Source: Deltaproteobacteria bacterium TL4
GTDB taxonomy: Bacteria > SAR324 > NAC60-12
Direction: 5' to 3'
Assembly: GCA_051382335.1 (NCBI GenBank)
Contig: JBBCAX010000296.1
Coordinates: 1-11,868 of the forward strand
DNA: 11,868 nt
Positions 8,271-11,868 of the stretch are shown here, in pieces. Position numbers and translations under genes: made by a program. Position 1 is the stretch's first letter. Every line of letters begins with the position of its first letter. The notes under the pieces were generated by a model. It was not told the DNA's origin. It worked only from the letters and a program-made list of their open reading frames with translations, and did not search any database.

Positions 8271-8301
8271 GGGCAATCCCTCTTCCGTGTCTGGTGGTCA
8301 T

Positions 8302-8319
8302 TAGACATCTTTCCAAAAT
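8302..8319 (+). mobile_element. IS-type terminal inverted repeat (left end of a decayed IS, possibly IS5 family/IS702-like)
   Basis: TAGACATCTTTCCAAAAT is 17/18 identical to the inverted copy at 870-887. A strong RBS and a transposase-like ORF start follow about 80 nt later. Confidence 0.55.
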
Positions 8320-8400
8320 AAAACCTGGATTTTGCGGGTTTGCTGGCATCTTCCTCCTTTACAGCTTTTCAGAATTTCAAATACCTTGTAAGGAGGACCA

Positions 8401-8514
8401 ATGAGCCACTTTGATCAACTGAGAATCCAAAAACCTGAGAAATTTACACGAGAAACAGGGATCCCTTTGAAAAAATTCAAAAACCTGCGCAAAGCTGTCA
8501 CCACTATTACTTAA
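8401..8514 (+). pseudogene. N-terminal stub of a transposase (IS5 family ISL2/IS702-like)
   Basis: SD TAAGGAGG (8389-8396) precedes ATG 8401. The ORF reads MSHFDQLRIQKPEKFTRETGIPLKKFKNLRKAVTTIT* (37 aa). 'KPEKFTRETGI...F..L' resembles the 'KPEDFKRLTGV...F..L' N-terminus of this transposase group as I recall it. No DDE domain follows. Confidence 0.45.
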
Positions 8515-8766
8515 TAAGTGAACAGGTCTTAAAAAAAGACGCAAGGAAGAAAAAGAAAAACCGTTTGGAGGCTCAGCAAGGGACAGCGTCCAAAAATCAA
8601 CTGTTCCGAAAAATTAAAATTTTAAAAAGGCTGTTATCGTTTGACATAGCGTTTTTGTCATTTTAGTGAAAAATTTAACAGGGGCGCGTCCAACCGATGG
8701 GGGAGTGTCTTGAGATACCCAAGGGGGTTTCCTGATTTTGCCTATAGAATTGAGAAATTAAACGAC

Positions 8767-8962
8767 CTATAGACGTTCATTTAAATAAATTCCTTTGAGT
8801 CTAACCCAGACTGTGGAGTGCCAAAGCTTGCTTTAGCCAAAGGCCAAGAAAGGCCATCGCCTTTCTGGCCAAAGCAAGCTTTGACACTCCTGAAACAGCG
8901 TTGTTTAAACGGATCTCGCAACAGGATGAGTTTTCTGAATTTATTTAAATGAACCTCTATAG
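8767..8962. mobile_element. MITE with 26-bp terminal inverted repeats, TA(TA)-flanked
   Basis: CTATAGACGTTCATTTAAATAAATTC (8767-8792) matches the reverse complement of GAATTTATTTAAATGAACCTCTATAG (8937-8962) at 25/26 positions. CTATAG at both extremities is compatible with a TA or TATA target duplication. Confidence 0.75.
8815..8890. repeat. Long REP-like hairpin nested in the MITE
   Basis: GGAGTGCCAAAGCTTGCTTT (8815-8834) pairs with AAAGCAAGCTTTGACACTCC (8871-8890) at 19/20 positions. An inner stem AGAAAGGC-CATC-GCCTTTCT lies at 8847-8866. Confidence 0.85.
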
Positions 8963-9038
8963 TAGAAAAGTCGTCTCGTCTCTTTTTACAAAGGAGCTTT
9001 AAAATGTTTGACTTTCTCTTGAGCGGCTGGCACATTTT

Positions 9039-9118
9039 CCGCACCGCACCGCACCGCACCGCACCGCACCGCACCGCACCGCACCGCACCGCACCGCACC
9101 GCACCGCACCGCACCGCA
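9039..9118. repeat. Pentanucleotide microsatellite (CCGCA)16
   Basis: There are 16 perfect tandem copies of CCGCA (80 bp), read directly from the sequence. Confidence 0.97.
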
Positions 9119-9284
9119 TCCGCTATTTTATCATTCTAACCAATCATTTCGCGCCTTTGCTTCAGTCCGCTTTTTTAATTTAAGAAAAATTTCCGTCCCG
9201 CTCTATTTCGTCTGTTTTCTGCTGATGTTCGCGTCTCCTGCCAGAGCCGGTCCGCGGAGTTGGTCATATTTTCGGCCACAAATT

Positions 9285-9342
9285 GTAGGGGCGAACCTGT
9301 GTGTTCGCCCTGATCCCGGGCAGACACTAAAGGCGGAACTAC
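9285..9342. repeat. GTAG-type REP element plus a chimeric inverted partner
   Basis: GTAG-GGGCGAAC-CTGTGT-GTTCGCCC (9285-9310) is a GTAG foot followed by an 8-bp stem. GGGCAGACAC (9318-9327) then runs into CTAAAGGCGGAACTAC (9327-9342), whose reverse complement is GTAGTTCCGCCTTTAG. Confidence 0.75.
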
Positions 9343-9477
9343 GAGCTTTTCTTCATGATTTCATAAAAATTCACTATTCTGTGCATCTATTTTGGCTTCT
9401 CTAGTCGCCTATCAGTTTCAACGCTGATGGACCTCATGAAAGACATTATCATCTTTTTTAGAAGAAGGTAAAAACCC

Positions 9478-11307
9478 ATGAAATTAATAAAAAAAATTGT
9501 GCTGATCCCCTTGCTCTGGTTTGGCTTACTGGGCTTTGCGCTTGCCCAGGAAAAACCACAAGCGGCGGTAGCGCCACTGGCGGTTATTGGCGAGATCTCT
9601 GTAGCCCAGAAACAAATCATCTTCAACAGTATGTTGGATGAGCTTTCAAAATATTATAACCTGATTTCTCAGGAGCAGTTCGATCAGGCGCAGGAAAAGG
9701 CTTATGAGGAATTGGAAGCGGAGCAATGCACCGAAACACAGTGTATTCGTAAAATACAGGAACTCTTGCAGGTAGAAAACCTGTTCGTTTTACAATTAGT
9801 TCGGGAAGGGGCGGATACCCAGTTGAGTCTGACCTTGGTTGATCTGGAAAAGAAAACCCTGCGGAGTGATTTCTGTGAGAGCTGTAACACCAAACAACTG
9901 AATCAACGCATTGCGGGGTTAGTGACTACGCTTCTGGGGCAGACGGCTTTGCTCCAACCCAGGGTACTTTCCTCGGCGTTGGCTGGAACAAGTCGTGTTT
10001 TTGTTTCCTCCAATCCGACAGACGCGGATATTTACCTGGATGGAACACTTCTGGAGCAGAAATCCGATGTTTTGCTGGAGGCGGTTCCTGTGGGAAAACA
10101 TACGCTTCTGCTCAGAAAAGGAACGCTTTCCCAGTCACAACAGGTGGAGGTGAACGCTAACCAACTCACTTCAGTCAACCTGACACTCGAAATCTCCAAA
10201 ACTCGATTTTTGATTTCCAGCCAGCCTTTCAAAGCGGAAGCCGTCCTGGATGGAAAGTCTGTCGGAGAAACCCCGGTAGAGGTAGAAACCACGTTGGGAA
10301 GCCACAAAGTGGAATTGAAATTGACGGGCTATGTCCCTGTTTCCGAAAAAGTAACTTTGAAATTCGGAGAACCGAACCAATTTAATGTGCAACTGGTCGA
10401 TGGTCGACAATTCAAAGGCTTCTTAACCGTTACCGCAATGCCTTCGGACGCAACCCTCCAATTGGAAGGAGGAACGTATGTCACCGCTAAATTGAAACCG
10501 CGCCTGCTTCCTGTCTCTAAACTGGAACTGCCGATAGGAAGCTATCAAATGGTCCTTACCAAAGAGGGGTATGAAGCCCTCACCCAAAAGATCACCCTTG
10601 AGGATCAGAAACTAACCTCGCTGGATTTCTCTCTTAAAGCACTACCTGCGAAACTTGCTTTGAAAATCAGCCGAAAAGAGGGAATCAAAAGCGGTGACGG
10701 AGAGTTTTGGATTAGGCTTAATGGAGACCTGAAAGCAAAAAAAAGTGGAACGCCTTTAGAGAAAGAGGGAAAGGTTGAAGAAGAAATCAGTGAATTTCAC
10801 CTGGATCTTCCGGAAGGCCAATACGATCTGGAAGCCTCGCATACCAGCGGCAACTATGAAGCGCTTTCCAAAACACTGAGTTTGAAAAAAGGACAGTCTT
10901 ATCAAGAAGTATTCCTCTTGAACCCTAATGCCACTTATTTGAAGCATCAAGCGTGGCAATGGAAATTCTATGGATGGTTGGCAGGTTCCGCGACAGCGTT
11001 GCTTTACACACAGTCTGAGCTTAACGGTATCCAGGACAGTAAAGAGGAAGTGGAACAATTGAAGGCAAAAACCCTGACCAGCCAGAATAAGGCAGAATAC
11101 CTTTCCAACCGAAAGAAAACCCAGGCGGCCCTGGCTGAATATAACACCCATCAACAAAACAGCCTGATAGGTGCTGTGCTCACGCTTGGGTTGTCGACCT
11201 GGACAACGGTCGTCTGGCTGGATGAACCCCAAGAACCTGAACCGGTAGCATGGCAAATTCATCCACAAAATGGACAATTCCTCGTCAGTTATCAAAGCAA
11301 ATGGTAG
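9478..11307 (+). CDS. Secreted/membrane-anchored PEGA-domain protein
   Basis: Signal peptide ends in 'GFALA'. The N-terminal domain has 'EQCTETQCIRKIQELLQVENLF...FCESC'. Three clear PEGA repeats ('VSSNPTDADIYLDG..VPVGKHTLLLRK', 'ISSQPFKAEAVLDGKSVGETP..LGSHKVELKLTGY', 'VTAMPSDATLQLEG..LPIGSYQMVLTKEGY') and a degenerate fourth follow. There are two C-terminal hydrophobic segments. Confidence 0.85.
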   Translation: MKLIKKIVLIPLLWFGLLGFALAQEKPQAAVAPLAVIGEISVAQKQIIFNSMLDELSKYYNLISQEQFDQAQEKAYEELEAEQCTETQCIRKIQELLQVENLFVLQLVREGADTQLSLTLVDLEKKTLRSDFCESCNTKQLNQRIAGLVTTLLGQTALLQPRVLSSALAGTSRVFVSSNPTDADIYLDGTLLEQKSDVLLEAVPVGKHTLLLRKGTLSQSQQVEVNANQLTSVNLTLEISKTRFLISSQPFKAEAVLDGKSVGETPVEVETTLGSHKVELKLTGYVPVSEKVTLKFGEPNQFNVQLVDGRQFKGFLTVTAMPSDATLQLEGGTYVTAKLKPRLLPVSKLELPIGSYQMVLTKEGYEALTQKITLEDQKLTSLDFSLKALPAKLALKISRKEGIKSGDGEFWIRLNGDLKAKKSGTPLEKEGKVEEEISEFHLDLPEGQYDLEASHTSGNYEALSKTLSLKKGQSYQEVFLLNPNATYLKHQAWQWKFYGWLAGSATALLYTQSELNGIQDSKEEVEQLKAKTLTSQNKAEYLSNRKKTQAALAEYNTHQQNSLIGAVLTLGLSTWTTVVWLDEPQEPEPVAWQIHPQNGQFLVSYQSKW

Positions 11308-11353
11308 CCACACCGGGCATCCACGCAAGGCGTGACATTTATGATTTTTATTT

Positions 11354-11380
11354 TTCCGTGTATTCCGTGTGTTCTGTGGT
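11354..11380. repeat. Three imperfect 9-nt tandem units (TTCCGTGTA/TTCCGTGTG/TTCTGTGGT)
   Basis: Read directly from the sequence; shares the GTGTGTTCT core with the repeat arm at 310-328. Confidence 0.7.
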
Positions 11381-11422
11381 AAATATTTTTGTTCTGTTAC
11401 TAAACCGTTTTTTAAGGAGAAA

Positions 11423-11868
11423 ATGATGAAAATAAAACATGGAGTGGGGAGGGGTTTAATTGGGGTTGGATTTCTCCTCATGACCGCCTGCGGCATTGAA
11501 CAGGCGTTTGAAAAAATGGATGAATCCTCGCTTCCTCCGGAAAATGATATACACCCACCTCAAAATGGGTCTATAACGATCAACAGCGGTTCTTCCACCG
11601 CAGAAACGCCTACAGTCACCCTCTCCCTTTCCGCAAAAGATAATATGGGTCTTACGGCGTATTATCTCTCTACCGAATCCAACAAACCAACCCCCGAGGC
11701 GGAGGGCTGGACGAGGATTACGCCCACGACACCCCACTATGCAGGGGAGGTGAGTTACACATTTATTGCGAGTGGTAAGCATACCCTGTATGTGTGGTTC
11801 AAGGATATATTTGGTAATGTTTCTAATGAAAGCAATGCTGGCATTACTTTGCTTGATCATGCACCCTC
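11423..11868 (+). CDS. Lipoprotein with Ig-like beta-sandwich domain (5' partial; runs off the window; absent from the ORF track)
   Basis: SD AAGGAG (11414-11419) precedes ATG 11423/11426. The translation MMKIKHGVGRGLIGVGFLLMTA-C contains a lipobox, followed by 'PPQNGSITINSGSSTAETPTVTLSLSAKDNMGLTAYYLS...GW...VSYTF...GKHTLYVWFKDIFGNVS'. No stop occurs before the window end. Confidence 0.85.
   Translation, partial: MMKIKHGVGRGLIGVGFLLMTACGIEQAFEKMDESSLPPENDIHPPQNGSITINSGSSTAETPTVTLSLSAKDNMGLTAYYLSTESNKPTPEAEGWTRITPTTPHYAGEVSYTFIASGKHTLYVWFKDIFGNVSNESNAGITLLDHAP

Larger units (their letters stand above)
9004..9404 (+). pseudogene. Frameshifted (putative phase-variable, OFF-state) gene for an exported protein, probably 3'-truncated
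   Basis: SD AAGGAG (8991-8996) precedes ATG 9004. The current frame gives 59 aa, MFDFLLSGWHIF(RTAPH)5RIRYF...FLI*, with the stop at 9181-9183. The frame starting at 9120 is open to TAG 9402-9404 and encodes 'RFFNLRKISVPLYFVCFLLMFASPARA', which looks like a signal peptide. Loss of one 5-nt unit joins the two frames. Confidence 0.5.

Noticed and set aside
9039..9118. CRISPR array or telomere-like repeat
   Set aside because: It is a pure 5-nt tandem repeat without spacers, and there are no cas genes in the window.
8781..9119. Minus-strand ORF with (RCGAV)n repeats
   Set aside because: It is the antisense translation of the microsatellite plus MITE sequence, with no SD and no protein-like features.
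11318..11330. CACGC-AAG-GCGTG hairpin as terminator of the PEGA gene
   Set aside because: The stem is only 5 bp with a 3-nt loop and no immediate U-tract, which is too weak to call.
10756..11860. Minus-strand ORFs 10756-11496 and 11456-11860
   Set aside because: They are antisense to the PEGA gene and the lipoprotein gene, which have much stronger coding signals.

Overview
This is an AT-rich bacterial window; the style of the PEGA protein's N-terminal domain tentatively suggests a SAR324/deltaproteobacterial source. From left to right: (1) small inverted-repeat (MITE-like) elements and a Uma2/DUF820 nuclease gene, followed by an IS-type terminal repeat. (2) A minus-strand block of rlmE and a three-gene envelope-transport operon encoding a LolA-like periplasmic protein, a putative outer-membrane beta-barrel with acidic EDPF repeats, and a 1287-aa MMPL/RND transporter. 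The transporter ends in two cNMP-binding domains plus a PilZ domain with intact c-di-GMP motifs. (3) A 1.2-kb accessory spacer with a second IS terminal repeat and a transposase stub, a MITE with a nested REP-like hairpin, a (CCGCA)16 microsatellite inside a frameshifted signal-peptide-encoding gene, and a hybrid REP. (4) A secreted PEGA-repeat protein and the 5' part of a lipoprotein with an Ig-like domain. The two most notable signals are the transporter with three second-messenger-binding domains and the apparently OFF-phase microsatellite switch. All assignments come from reading motifs by eye; no database searches were run.
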